A stretch of DNA of 64,000 bases, taken from positions 565,876 through 629,875 of the forward strand of contig CAWFTI010000003.1 of NCBI GenBank assembly GCA_963818745.1, given 5' to 3'. The notes beneath the pieces are model-generated. The model ran no database searches, had not been told where the DNA came from, and saw only the letters and a program-made list of their open reading frames with translations. The stretch comes from Thermoplasmatota archaeon. GTDB taxonomy: Archaea; Thermoplasmatota; Thermoplasmata; UBA10834. Made by a program: the position numbers and the translations under genes. This document shows positions 20,729-31,760 of this stretch, in pieces; position 1 is the stretch's first letter, and each line of letters starts with the position of its first letter.

Positions 20729-21367
20729 CTACTTCCTCATGAGCACCCTGATCAGGTCCCTCTTGCCCGCAGTCGTGCCGAAGGACACACGCTTGATGGA
20801 GCCGATCTCCGCAACGGTCTCGAGGCCGGTGAACAGCGCGGGGATCTCCCCCTCCCTGAAGTAGTGCGTCAGTATGCCGTTGCCCCTTAGGAAGGTCGCG
20901 TCCTCGACCTCCTCCCCGCTCCCGAACCGCACATCGCCCCTGCCGAACCCCTCCACGAACATGTATCCCCCGCGCCTGAGCACGCGCGAGAGCTGCTCCG
21001 CCGCCCTGAACCTGTCCGCCTCGAGCATGTGCGAGAGCGTGTGGACGGCCAGCGCGGCATCGAACCTTTCTGATTCAAAAGGCAGATGGACTATGTCACA
21101 CTCTACCAGATTTACAGGATGCTCGAACTCCCGCTGGGACCTCAGAGTCCTGAGCCCTTCCCGGGAGAAGTCGCACCCCACCACCTCGGCCTTCCTCGCC
21201 ACGGCCTCCGTCGTCTTCCCCTCTCCGCACCCCGCGTCGAGCACGAGCATCGAGCTCTTCAGGACTGGCTCGATGAGGCTGAGCTCACCGGTGCCCCCGT
21301 ACTGGAGCCCGCGCTTGGAGTACAGCTTGTCCCATGCCCCGCGGTCTTCCGACCCATCCTTCTGCAT
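20729..21367 (-). CDS. Class I SAM-dependent methyltransferase
   Basis: VLDAGCGEG, LPFESERFDA, RVLRRGG. Confidence 0.88.
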   Translation of the reverse strand: MQKDGSEDRGAWDKLYSKRGLQYGGTGELSLIEPVLKSSMLVLDAGCGEGKTTEAVARKAEVVGCDFSREGLRTLRSQREFEHPVNLVECDIVHLPFESERFDAALAVHTLSHMLEADRFRAAEQLSRVLRRGGYMFVEGFGRGDVRFGSGEEVEDATFLRGNGILTHYFREGEIPALFTGLETVAEIGSIKRVSFGTTAGKRDLIRVLMRK

Positions 21368-21471
21368 CTGTCCAGTCCACCTAGTACATGCACCGTATGG
21401 GTTAAAATAGTACAAATAGGCTAACTCGGCACTGTCGCAGAAGAAAAAGGACGCAAGGAAGACTGGGAAGG

Positions 21472-22885
21472 ATGGACTTCACATCATTGGTAAAGAACGA
21501 GCGGATACTGAAGGCGATCAAGGAGCTCGAATGGGAGGAACCTACCCCCGTTCAGGAGCAGGTCATACCGATCGCCTTCGAGGGAAAGGATGTCATGGCC
21601 CAGGCCCAGACGGGCACGGGCAAGACGGGAGCCTTCGCGATACCGGTCATCGACAGGCTTCAGAGGAACAGGCGCATCCAGTGCCTGGTGATGACGCCGA
21701 CGAGGGAGCTCGCGGTGCAGGTCACGGGTGACTTGGCGGACATGGCGAAGCACTCGGACATCAGGACGGTCGCCATCTACGGTGGGCAATCCATCACCAT
21801 GCAGGTCGACAAGCTGCGCCAGGGGGTCGAGATCGTCGTCGGGACCCCCGGGAGGCTCATGGACCTGATGCGCAGGGGAGAGCTCAACTTCGACGGCGTC
21901 TCGGTCGTCGTCCTGGACGAGGCCGACCGGATGCTCGACATGGGGTTCATAGACGACATCGAGTGGATACTCCAGAGGGTCCCGAAGAAGAGGCAGACCA
22001 TGCTCTTCTCGGCCACCCTGCCGTCCGCGATCAGGGAGCTCGCGCTCCGGTACATGAACTCCCCCAAGGAGGTCATCATCAGCGCGGAGACGCTGACGGT
22101 CGACGCGGCGGAGCAGAGCTACATCAACGTCGGCCGGAAGAACAAGCTCTGGGCCCTGTGCAGGATACTGGACATCGAGAAGCCGCCGCAGGCCATGGTC
22201 TTCTGCTCGACCAAGCGCATGGTCGACATGCTCGCGCACAAGCTGCGCGCGTACGGCTACTCCGCGGACGGAATCCACGGGGACCTGTCGCAGACCGCCA
22301 GGGACAAGGTCATGTCGAAGTTCAAGTCGGGCAAGATGAAGATACTCATAGCCACGGACGTCGCGGCCAGAGGGCTGGACATAGAGGGCGTGACGCACGT
22401 GTTCAACTACGACATCCCGGAGAAGCCGGAGGATTACGTCCACAGGATAGGCAGGACCGCGAGGGCCGGGAAGACCGGCAAGGCCATAACGTTCGTGACG
22501 AAGGAGGAGCAGTACCTCGTCAAGGCCATCGAGAACTTCGGCAGGACGAAGATAGAGCAGGACGAGGTGCCCGAGGCCACCGGCAGGGACACGGTCAGGA
22601 GACAGCTGGACTTCGAGGAGTACTCGGACCACTTCGGCATGGTCCCCTTCGAGATCAACCTGGGCAAGGCGGACGGGATCGACATGGTCAACCTCGTCAC
22701 GTTCATCGAGCGGAAGACGAGGATATACGAGCACCTGATCGGGAGCGTGCAGATCGGGGACCGGATCGAGCAGGGTGGAGCTGCACAAGTCGGTCGCGTT
22801 CGGGGCGATGAAGGACCTCGAGAACTGCTATGTCCACAACAAGCGCGTGAAGGTCGAGCTGATGAGGGACCAGATCAAGCGTTGA
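21472..22885 (+). CDS. DEAD-box RNA helicase with DbpA-type C-terminal domain (frameshift near 22770)
   Basis: Q motif, AQTGTGKT, PTRELA, DEAD, SAT, ARGLD, HRIGRTAR. Confidence 0.95.
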
Positions 22886-23154
22886 CGGCCCTGTTTATTT
22901 CGTCCGCGCGCAGGTGCCCGACGACCTTGATGTTGACCTTCTTGACGCCGGCGACCATTAGAATCTGTTCCTTGATGGCCTTCGCGAGCTCCGTCGCCGA
23001 CGGGGCAGAACGGGCTCGTGGGCATGAAGGTGAGGCTGACGGAATCCTCCGACACGACGAGCTCGGAGATGAGGCCCATGTCGTAGACGCTCACGCCCGT
23101 GTGAGGGTCGAGGACCCCACGCAACGCCTCGACCACGATGTCCTTGCGATCCAT
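22875..23154 (-). CDS. DUF59/SufT-like metal-sulfur cluster assembly factor (frameshift near 23000)
   Basis: LRGVLDPHTGVSVYDMGLI...PTSPFCP. Confidence 0.85.
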
Positions 23155-23216
23155 GGCCAGAACTCAAACGCGAACTCAGTATTAAGAACTGTCGAGAATC
23201 CCGCCAGGCCACGCGC

Positions 23217-25852
23217 TCACTGGTACACGAGCACCGACAGCCCGGCGACAGCTGATCTGACTCGAGCTCGCCCCGCTCCGATGCTCAGATTCCTCTCGAC
23301 CTCGTAGAACTCCGGCGACAGCTCGATGGTCCTGCCGTCGCCCATCGTCGAGCTCGATCCCCTTGTCCAGGCCGGCCAGCTCGGATCCGCTGAGGCAGCT
23401 CCGGCGAGCCTTTCGGCTATCTCCTTCGCATCCTTCTTGAACGCCGGGCCGAGCTTGGCGTGGACAGGCTTCACGCGGGAGACCGTCTCCTTCAAGGTCG
23501 ACGTCTTCTCCAGGATCTCGAGTTCCGCCGCCTTCAACGTGGCTTTGATGTCCTCCTCCGACCCGGCCATCAGCCTGGTCGCCTCCTGGCCCACGATCTC
23601 GATCCTCGCAATCTCGGCGTTCAGGGACAGTGCCCTTCGCGGCCTTCCACGCCCGGACCGCAGCCACCACTCCCTTGACCGCCTCGCCCTTCTCGTTCGC
23701 CTGTGCGATCCGCAGGAGGCGCCTCGGGCCAGTCCGACACATGGATGCTGATTGCTGGCTCGGACTGCCTGAAGTTCAGCTGATAGGCGTCCTCCGCGAC
23801 GTGGGGCAGGAACACGGACATCATCTTCAGCAGGCCCAGGCCGACCGTGTAGAGCGCGTACTTCGCGCCCTCGTCGTTCTCGGAATAGGCCCTGTGCTTG
23901 ACGAGCTCGACGTAGTTGTCCGCGAACTCGTGCCAGAGGAAGTCCTCGGTGATCGCCATGGACTGGTCGAACCTGTACTTGTCCGCGCTCTTCTCGAACT
24001 CCCGCACCGCGTTCCCGAACCTGCTCAGGATCCAGGCGTCCACGGGTCGGATGGTCTCCGGCATCGTCGGGCTTCACCTTGCAGACCGAGCCGACCATCC
24101 TCATCACGTTCCAGGTCTTCGTTGCGAGCCTTCCCCCGCGCACGAGCTCCTGCTCCTTGAAGGCGTGGTCGATGCCCAGGGAGCAGGTCGCCGCGTAGTA
24201 GCGCATCGCGTCGCTCCCGTACTTCTCGAGCAGAGGGATCGGGTCGATCGCGTTGCCGGCAGAGGCGTGCATCGGAGAGCCGTCGGGGGCCATGATGAAC
24301 CCGTGTATCATCGTCTCCTTCCACGGCTTCTCGCCGATTAGGAGCATCTCTCTCAGGATGGTGTAGTACGCCCATGTCCTGATGATCTCAAGGCCCTGAG
24401 GGCGCATCGACATCGGGTAGAGCTTCTTGAACAGCTTATCGTCCCGTTCCCAGAAGGTGTTGTACAGTGGCGAGATGCTCGAGTCCATCCACGTGTCGAA
24501 CACATCCGTGGAGCCGATGTACTCGCCCCCGCAGACCGCGCACTTCTCCTTCCTCGGCGGCCGGGATGTCGGGTCGACGTAGCATTCGTCCTCCTCCGCG
24601 AGCAGGACTTCACCGCAGTCCTGGCACTCCCAGAGCGGGATCGCGGTCGCGAAGTACCGCTGCCTCGAGACGACCCAATCCCAGGCGAGGGAGTTCACCC
24701 AGTTCTGTATCCTGACCTTCATGAACTCCGGGTTCCAGGTGATCTTGTCTATCATCGCCAGGACCTGGTCCTTGAACTGGAGGCTCCTGACGAACCACTG
24801 GGGGACCTTGAGGAACTCGATGGGCGAGTGGCATCTCCAGCAGACTCCGACGCTCTGGTCCAGATCCTCCTGCTTCACGAGCAGCCCTGCGGCCTTCATG
24901 TCCTCGATGATGGCCTTCCTGGCGTCGGCGACGGTCATGCCAGCATACTTGCCGGCGAGCTCCGTCATCTTCCCGGACTCGTCTATGCCCTTCTCGAGCG
25001 GCAGGTTGTACTTCATGATCCACTCGAGGTCGCCCTTGTCGCCGATCGAGCATATCATCACGGTCCCAGTGCCGAAGGCCGGGTCGACCTTGGGGTCCGC
25101 CACAACCTTGACCTTCTTGTCGAACACGGGCGTGACGAGCTCCTCGCCTACGAGATTAGCCTTGGATGGGTCGTCTGGATGCACGGCCACGAGTAGGCAC
25201 GTGCAGAGCAGCTCCGGACGCGTGGTGGCGATCTGCACCTCGCGGCCGCTCCCAGCAACGCGGAACTTGATGTAGTTCAGCTTGGTCTTCCTGGGCTCGT
25301 ACTCGACCTCCGCCTCCGCGAGCGCGGTCCCGCACCGCGTGCAAAAGTTGATCGGGAAGTGCCCCTTGTAGACGAACCCCTTCTTGAACATGCGTATGAA
25401 GGAGACCTGGGTGAGCCTGCGGTAGTACTCTGCGTCCGTCTGGTAGTATATCGTGGGGTCCATGCTCTCGCCGAGCATCTCGAACTGCTTTGTCATCTCC
25501 CCGATGTGCTTCTCCGCGAACTCGCTGCACATCTTGACGAACTGCTGTCGGGGCACCTCTGAGGCCTTGATGCCCATCACCTGCTCCACCTTCACCTCGA
25601 CGGGCGTGCCGTTGACATCGAAGCAGAGCGGGAAGAACACGTTGTACCCTTTCAGGCGCTTGTACCTCGCGGCGAAATCTATCACTGTGTATCCGTACGC
25701 GTGACCGAGGTGCAGCGCGCCCGAGGCGTACCTGGGCGGGGTGTCTATGCTGTAGACCTCCTTGTCGGACTCAGGGTCGAAGCGGTATATCCCCCACTCC
25801 TTCCACTTCGCCTGCCACTTCGGCTCGCCTCGCGCCAATCGTACTGGGCCAT
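23217..25852 (-). CDS. valS: Valine--tRNA ligase, archaeal type (several frameshifts)
   Basis: IDTPP, HLGH (HIGH), TTRPE, GTG, DWVVSRQRYF, DVFDTW; KMSKS position reads PMHAS. Confidence 0.95.
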
Positions 25853-25925
25853 GACTTCACGGACAGAAGAATGGGCCTAGATAAACCTTGTTCAGACGGG
25901 CAGGGCCAGGCCCGGGAGCACCCCG

Positions 25926-26468
25926 CTATCTGGCTTTCCTCTTCTTCCGGAAAACGTTCGCGAGTATGAGGTCCTCGACCTCGGGGGTCATCGGCCCCGT
26001 CCACTGGTCCAGGTCGAACAGCCCCTCGGACAGGCATCTGACGAGCACGGACATCTGGTGCGGGCAGAAGTAGCCCTTCTCCCTGAAGTCCACGCACTCG
26101 CAGACAGTGTCCACGTCCTCCGTGGTCTGGTTCACGAACCTGATGTTGTACACCTCGTACCCGTCCGAGCGGCGCATGGTGAACACGGCGTTCACGATCG
26201 TGTGGTCGCTCTCGGGGTCCAGCTCGACGATCCTCTTGTTCGAGGCCCACTTGATCGCCTTCGCCATGTTCTCGACGAAGTAGATGTCCTCCTGGGCCCT
26301 GAGGAAGTCCTCGAGCGCCTTGCGGTCCACGTTCTCCTTGACGAACCTGACCAGGTCCTCCTTCAGCAGGTTCGAGGCGCCCGGGACGTCCTGAGCGTCG
26401 CACAGGTTCCTTAGGCTCTCGACCGTCTGCCTGGAGATCCTGAATTCCAGCGGCAGTTCCTTCCGCAT
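25926..26468 (-). CDS. SWIM zinc-finger domain protein
   Basis: CECVDF-x6-CPH SWIM pattern. Confidence 0.7.
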   Translation of the reverse strand: MRKELPLEFRISRQTVESLRNLCDAQDVPGASNLLKEDLVRFVKENVDRKALEDFLRAQEDIYFVENMAKAIKWASNKRIVELDPESDHTIVNAVFTMRRSDGYEVYNIRFVNQTTEDVDTVCECVDFREKGYFCPHQMSVLVRCLSEGLFDLDQWTGPMTPEVEDLILANVFRKKRKAR

Positions 26469-26572
26469 GTTCCCATCCCTTCGAGAGAAACATAATGCGC
26501 GGTCACATGATTAAGTTGACGATTGCGCCCGAGGCGGCTCCCAGATGCTGGTACCGCCCGGAACAGCGTCCG

Positions 26573-27229
26573 TCAGGTCCCCGGTCTCTGAGGGCCGGAG
26601 TGGTGCGTCAGAAGAGCCGCCAGGATAGACGCGACGACCTCCATGCTCCGCATGACCATCGGCACGGGGAACCTGCCCGCGGTCGTGCTCGAGTACTCGA
26701 TCCAGCCCAGGAGGCTGTCGTCCGGCCCCATGATGAGGGCGTTGATGAAGTCCGCCTCGAGCGTCTCGTCCTGGAACATGCGCCTCGAGCCCATGAGCAC
26801 GGGCCTGTTCAGCACGGAGACGTCCTGGGCGCCTAATGGGTTGTCCTCGGACAGGTAGACCCTCGTGAGCTTGCTGATCTCCCCCGCCTTGTACTTGCCC
26901 GAGACCTCGATGTCGAAGTCGCTCAGCTTGTACACCCTGACCCTCTGGCTGTCCCACGCGTCCTGCCTCATGCCCGAGTGGACGGTGTACCTGTAGTTGC
27001 CGTCGTCTCCCCTGAGGCCGATCATCACCCACCTGAGCCTGTACTGCTTCTGGAGGTGGTTCGCGACCTCCTGGACGAGGTCGTTCTTGGGCATGACGGG
27101 CTTGTGGAAGTACGATAGAAGGAAGAGGAAGCTGTCGGACGCCTGGAAGGCGGGGTCGTTCTTCGCCTTCAGGTAGTCGAACTTGAGCCTGCGCTTGACC
27201 GATTCTGGATCAACGAATTCTATCGGCAT
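26573..27229 (-). CDS. Hypothetical protein, possible GAF-like fold
   Basis: 218-aa ORF with genome-typical codon use; helix-strand pattern ending in LLGWIEY plus a helix. Confidence 0.6.
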   Translation of the reverse strand: MPIEFVDPESVKRRLKFDYLKAKNDPAFQASDSFLFLLSYFHKPVMPKNDLVQEVANHLQKQYRLRWVMIGLRGDDGNYRYTVHSGMRQDAWDSQRVRVYKLSDFDIEVSGKYKAGEISKLTRVYLSEDNPLGAQDVSVLNRPVLMGSRRMFQDETLEADFINALIMGPDDSLLGWIEYSSTTAGRFPVPMVMRSMEVVASILAALLTHHSGPQRPGT

Positions 27230-27413
27230 GTTCCACCCGGTCCGAGGATGCCAAACCTAGCCCGCCGCAGCGTCTCCCCGTCCCGCATGACCGTGTGATG
27301 ATATTGTCTTTTCCAGTCCAGAACGGGTGCAACGACAGGCCCGGCCAACCACCGACGCTTTTTCCGTACACCGCAAGGCGCTGCCAGCAGATAAAGCCGA
27401 TGAACGACCGACG

Positions 27414-28097
27414 TCAGGCCGTCTGCTTCTTCCGACCCTTGGCCCGAGCCTTGGCCGGTGGCTTCTTCGTGCGCGTCCCTGGAGGGAGGTGGATGACGAA
27501 GCTGCACCGGTCATCGCCCTGAAGGACGGTCTTGACGACGTCCACCCTCACCGGCTCCCCGAGGATCCCCTCCCAGAGGGACCTGTACCATCCGGAGCTG
27601 CAGTAGCAGAACGTCCTGGATATCCTCTGCTCCGGGTGCCGTATCAGCTCCTTGACGAGCGGGCAATGGCAGTAGTGGTATCTCCTCTCCAGCTCGTCTG
27701 CGGCGTCCTCGCACCCCTTCGGATTGAACGGTATCTTCGTGACATGGATCACGCGCCCCTTCCGCTTGGGGGATTCATAGTACGACAGGCCGTACCATGA
27801 CCTGTCCTTGTCCATGACCGGGAAGAGAGCGTCCACGCTGCCCGACTCGAGATAGAGGTCCCTCAAGGCCTCGACCTTGTCGCTCGGGAACCTGTCCGAG
27901 CACACGTACAGTATCTCCCTGTTCGTGTCCTCGTCATTGAGCTCGTCCAGCTTCGTTATGGCCCCGCTCACCCACTTGGCGACGGCCATCGGGTCCGGGG
28001 AAGCACCCAGCTTCTCCCTGCCGGCCAGCACCTTCTTCTTGGCCGCCTTGCCCGCATACCGTTCCACACCCTCGCCCAGCTTGTCGCTCCACTTCAT
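27414..28097 (-). CDS. Cys-rich DUF6144/V4R-like protein
   Basis: YCHCPLV, FCYCSSGW, VLQGDDRCSFVI. Confidence 0.7.
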   Translation of the reverse strand: MKWSDKLGEGVERYAGKAAKKKVLAGREKLGASPDPMAVAKWVSGAITKLDELNDEDTNREILYVCSDRFPSDKVEALRDLYLESGSVDALFPVMDKDRSWYGLSYYESPKRKGRVIHVTKIPFNPKGCEDAADELERRYHYCHCPLVKELIRHPEQRISRTFCYCSSGWYRSLWEGILGEPVRVDVVKTVLQGDDRCSFVIHLPPGTRTKKPPAKARAKGRKKQTA

Positions 28098-28132
28098 TGT
28101 CACACCTCGCTCGCGACGGGAAACGCCTGCAA

Positions 28133-28612
28133 TCACGCCTTGAGCTTCGCCGCCAGGGTCGCGACGCGCTTGCCGAGCTCCTTGCACATCTCCAGTTCAT
28201 CCTTGTTCGGAGCCTCGATGGCGGTCGGGCCGTAGTGCTTGTCGTCCGGCCGTCCCTGGACGACCATGCCGTGCACGAGCATCGCGTTCAGCATCGAAAG
28301 GAGGGTGGTCTCCGCGCCGCACGCGGTTCCTCCCGAGCTGGTGAAGGCGCCTCCGACCTTCCCCTTCAGCTTCCCGTGTATGACGAACGTGGTGTCGATG
28401 AACGTCTTGAGCTTCCCGGACATCTGCCCGTAGTACGTCGGGGAGCCGATGATGATCCCGTCCGAGCCCAGGAGGTCCTCGTGGGTGGCCTTGCCGACCG
28501 CCTTCAGCACGACCACGGCCCCTTTCACCTGCTTCGCACCCGCGACGACCGCGTCGGCCATCTTCTCCGTGTTCCCTGTCATCGAGTCGTATATCACCAG
28601 TATCTTCGCCAT
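28133..28612 (-). CDS. Flavodoxin-like WrbA-family NAD(P)H oxidoreductase
   Basis: YDSMTGNT, GSPTYYG, GKVGGAFTSSG. Confidence 0.9.
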   Translation of the reverse strand: MAKILVIYDSMTGNTEKMADAVVAGAKQVKGAVVVLKAVGKATHEDLLGSDGIIIGSPTYYGQMSGKLKTFIDTTFVIHGKLKGKVGGAFTSSGGTACGAETTLLSMLNAMLVHGMVVQGRPDDKHYGPTAIEAPNKDELEMCKELGKRVATLAAKLKA

Positions 28613-28719
28613 CGTGGTTCACCCGTTTCCTTTCGGACGGTGATGGTAATACAGGTATTTGGGTCTTTCAACCGTCCGTTTTAAAAGCCTCTGCGGCGCA
28701 CGGATGCGCTATACCCGGG

Positions 28720-30039
28720 TCACAGGCAGGAGAACGATGGCTTGCCCGCCCTGCGCAGGACCAGTATGTAGTCGCGCTCGATCCTGCTGTCGTTCCAGCG
28801 GGGGATGTCCAGGTGGCGGTTGATGACGTCGTACACGAACGCGTCCTCGAGCTCGAACCCGGCCCTCGCGGCGATCTTGGACAGGATCGAGTAGGTCGGT
28901 ATCCTCACCTTCTGGAAGGTGTTCTCTCCGACGACCATGCAGTACCTGCCGTTCCTCTTCAGGACCCTGTTGACCTCTTCGAAGCTGCGCCTCATGTCGT
29001 CGAAGTACTTGTACACGATGAACGCGCTCTTCTTCTCCTTCTCCATGAGCTCGTCCATCACGGACCGGATCTCGGGTATGCCGGTCCTGGGCTCCCAGGG
29101 CCTGTACTCGCTGACGTACGCCCTCGATGTGCCCACGATCCTCCCGTCGAGCTCGGATATGTCCTTGACGAGGTCGCACCAGAACATCTCGAGCTTGTGC
29201 ACGCTCGCGTAGTGCACGGCGCTCGCGTATGGCGGAGAAGTGATCGCGAGGTCGACGGAGCCATCCTTAAGCAGTAAGTCCCGCGCGTCGTTGCCGATTA
29301 TGTGCACCTCGGGATGCTTCCTGAACTTCTTCTGGACGTCCTGGGAAATGTGCCACAGCTCCTCGGCGTCTATGATCTTGTTCCCGACGGTGTTCTCGAA
29401 CTTCGCCAGGGCGTCGAACGACGTCTTCCCCTGGGCGTCCAGCTTCTTCCTGAAGGTCGTGACCTCCGGGATGAGGGAGTCGCTGTCCGAGTTGGACATC
29501 TTGCGGATGATCGACGAGAAGCATATCTTGAAGAAGTCCTGGGTGTCCCCCTTCCTGAGGGCGAACACGTGCTTCTTTATCGTGGCGAGCTCGCGGAGCA
29601 CTTCGGGCCTGAACCAGTGGTCCCGGTTGGGTATCTCGGGGACCCAGTCGGCGTTCTCCGAGCTGTCGGCGCGTATGTTGGCCAGCAGCTTCTCGGAGAC
29701 CGCCCGGAGCCGTGAGGGCTCCAAGGGGGTCGTCTTGACCTTGGCGATGAGCTTGGCGAGCGGGTGGATGTCCACACCGTAGCTGTCCCTGCCCGTGATG
29801 TACGCCTCGAGCAGCGTCGTGCCCGAGCCCATGAACGGGTCGAGCACTGTGTCGCCGACCTTGGACCACGACTCGATGCAGAACCTCGGTATCTGCGGTA
29901 TGAACTTCGCGGGGTACCTGTGGATGCCGTGAGTGGCGTAGCTCACCTGCTTCCCGATGTACTTCCCGAACTCCTCCGAGAGGTCCCTGGGCTTCCCCAC
30001 GGTCCCTCTGGGCGGGCTCCTGGATCCTTGAGGATTCAT
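28720..30039 (-). CDS. Orphan amino-DNA methyltransferase, probably N4-cytosine
   Basis: THGIHRYPAKF (motif X), VLDPFMGSGTT (motif I), AITSPPY (motif IV). Confidence 0.85.
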   Translation of the reverse strand: MNPQGSRSPPRGTVGKPRDLSEEFGKYIGKQVSYATHGIHRYPAKFIPQIPRFCIESWSKVGDTVLDPFMGSGTTLLEAYITGRDSYGVDIHPLAKLIAKVKTTPLEPSRLRAVSEKLLANIRADSSENADWVPEIPNRDHWFRPEVLRELATIKKHVFALRKGDTQDFFKICFSSIIRKMSNSDSDSLIPEVTTFRKKLDAQGKTSFDALAKFENTVGNKIIDAEELWHISQDVQKKFRKHPEVHIIGNDARDLLLKDGSVDLAITSPPYASAVHYASVHKLEMFWCDLVKDISELDGRIVGTSRAYVSEYRPWEPRTGIPEIRSVMDELMEKEKKSAFIVYKYFDDMRRSFEEVNRVLKRNGRYCMVVGENTFQKVRIPTYSILSKIAARAGFELEDAFVYDVINRHLDIPRWNDSRIERDYILVLRRAGKPSFSCL

Positions 30040-30059
30040 CTCGGTTCTTACGTCCCCCT

Positions 30060-31760
30060 TCAAAGTCCTTTGAGCGCTCCGAGGCCCTCGCCGGAGACCA
30101 GCTTCGCCACCGCCGTCGGAACGTTCTCCTTCCGGACCCGCACCTGCTCCGCGCTGTCCCTCTCCCTGATCGTGACCGTGCCGTTCTCCTTCGTATCGTA
30201 GTCGACCGTGACGCAGCACGGGGTGCCGACCTCGTCCATGCGGGCGTACCTCCGCCCGATCGAGCCGCCGTCGTCGTAGAACGTCGCGAGCCCGGCGCAC
30301 GCGAGCGAGTCGTGTATCTCCATCGCGATCTCGTCCAGGCCGTCCCTGGGCATGAGCGGGAACACGCCCGCCTTGATCGGAGCGACCAGGCCCTTCAGCT
30401 TGAGCGTGACGTAATCGTCCTTCTTGTGATACGCGTGCTCGAGCACCGTGTACAGCATCCGGTCGACGCCGTAGGACGGTTCGATCACGTGGGGCACGAG
30501 CTTCCTGCCCGAGACCTTCTCCTTCCTGAGCACGACCTCGAAGCACGAGGAGGGCACGGTGTGCTTCTTCCCCTCGACCTCGACCTGGACCTCGCCCTTG
30601 CCTTTGACCGATGCTGGCGGGAGCTTGGAGAGCGCGTCCGCGATCTTCTTCGTCTCGCCCTTGAAGAGCTTGCCCATGACCTCGAACTTGGGCTTGACTA
30701 CCTCCTGCTCGACCTCCTTCGGCTCGTCGAACCTCTCGAAGGCCATGAGCTCGGCCCCCGAGTGCTCGATGTGCGCTGAGAGGTCGTAGCAGCCCCTGTC
30801 GGCGATGCCCACGAGCTCCATCCAGCCGTAGCCTATCTCCGCCTCGAGGTCCCAGCAGTCGGAGGCGTAGTGCGCCATCTCGGTCTTCTCGTGCTGCCTG
30901 AACCTGAGCCGCTTCGGGTCCATGCCTATGTCGACTGCGTACTTCCATGTGAGCCAGATGTAGTAGGCGAGGACCTCGTTGACTATGACCTTCCTCGCGA
31001 CGGCCTCCTCGAGCGAGAGCGTGACCGGGTCGCCGGAGTTGGGCACCAGGGGCAGCTTCTCGTGCTTCACGCGCTTGAACCTGGGCCAGGTCTTGTCCTC
31101 AGGGTGGACGAACAGCTCGGCCTCCATCTGGTGGAACTCCCGCAGGCGGGTCAGGCCCTGCCTGGGGGAGATCTCGTTCCTGAAGGCCTTCCCGATCTGG
31201 ACCGCGCCCACGGGCAGCTTGTCCCTGTTGTACCTGTACACCTGCTCGAAGTTGACGAACATGCCCTGGGCGGTCTCGGGCCTCAGGTACCCCGGCTTCG
31301 CGTTGCCCGCGCCGACCGAGGTCTTGAACATGAGGTTGAACCGCCTGGGCGGCGTGAGCTCGCCCTTGCACTGGAGGCACACGACGCCGTTGTCCTTGAG
31401 CAGCTTCCCCAGCTGCTCCTCGTTGAGGGTCGCGGGGTTGTCGTGCATCCCCGCGGCGAGATGGTCCGCCCGGTAGGTCTCGCCGCACTTGGTGCACTCG
31501 ACGTACATGTCGGAGAACGCGTCCAGGTGCCCCGAGGCCTTGAACACGGGCTGCGGGGCGATGACCGGGCACGATATCTCGTGGAAGCCCTCGCCCAGGA
31601 CGTAGAGCCTCCTCCAGTGGTTCTCCATGTTGTTCTTGAGGGCCGTCCCGAGAGGGCCGTAGTCGAACATGCCGGCGAAGCCGCCGTATATGTCGTACGC
31701 TGGCCATAGGAACCCTCGGCGCTTGCAGAGGGACAGTATATCCTGCGGATCCATGGACAT
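30060..31760 (-). CDS. glyS: Glycine--tRNA ligase, homodimeric archaeal/eukaryotic type
   Basis: YLRPETAQG, FRNEISPR, AHYASDCWD, VIEPSYG, SIGRRYAR. Confidence 0.97.
   Translation of the reverse strand: MSMDPQDILSLCKRRGFLWPAYDIYGGFAGMFDYGPLGTALKNNMENHWRRLYVLGEGFHEISCPVIAPQPVFKASGHLDAFSDMYVECTKCGETYRADHLAAGMHDNPATLNEEQLGKLLKDNGVVCLQCKGELTPPRRFNLMFKTSVGAGNAKPGYLRPETAQGMFVNFEQVYRYNRDKLPVGAVQIGKAFRNEISPRQGLTRLREFHQMEAELFVHPEDKTWPRFKRVKHEKLPLVPNSGDPVTLSLEEAVARKVIVNEVLAYYIWLTWKYAVDIGMDPKRLRFRQHEKTEMAHYASDCWDLEAEIGYGWMELVGIADRGCYDLSAHIEHSGAELMAFERFDEPKEVEQEVVKPKFEVMGKLFKGETKKIADALSKLPPASVKGKGEVQVEVEGKKHTVPSSCFEVVLRKEKVSGRKLVPHVIEPSYGVDRMLYTVLEHAYHKKDDYVTLKLKGLVAPIKAGVFPLMPRDGLDEIAMEIHDSLACAGLATFYDDGGSIGRRYARMDEVGTPCCVTVDYDTKENGTVTIRERDSAEQVRVRKENVPTAVAKLVSGEGLGALKGL

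Noticed and set aside
23217..25852. Programmed frameshifting or pseudogenisation of valS and other genes
   Set aside because: Shifts are scattered, lack a common slippery motif and hit essential genes; sequencing indels are the simpler explanation
30040..30948. 742-aa ORF suggesting a long N-terminal extension on the DNA methyltransferase
   Set aside because: The extension is an alternate frame of glyS; the likely start is ATG 30039
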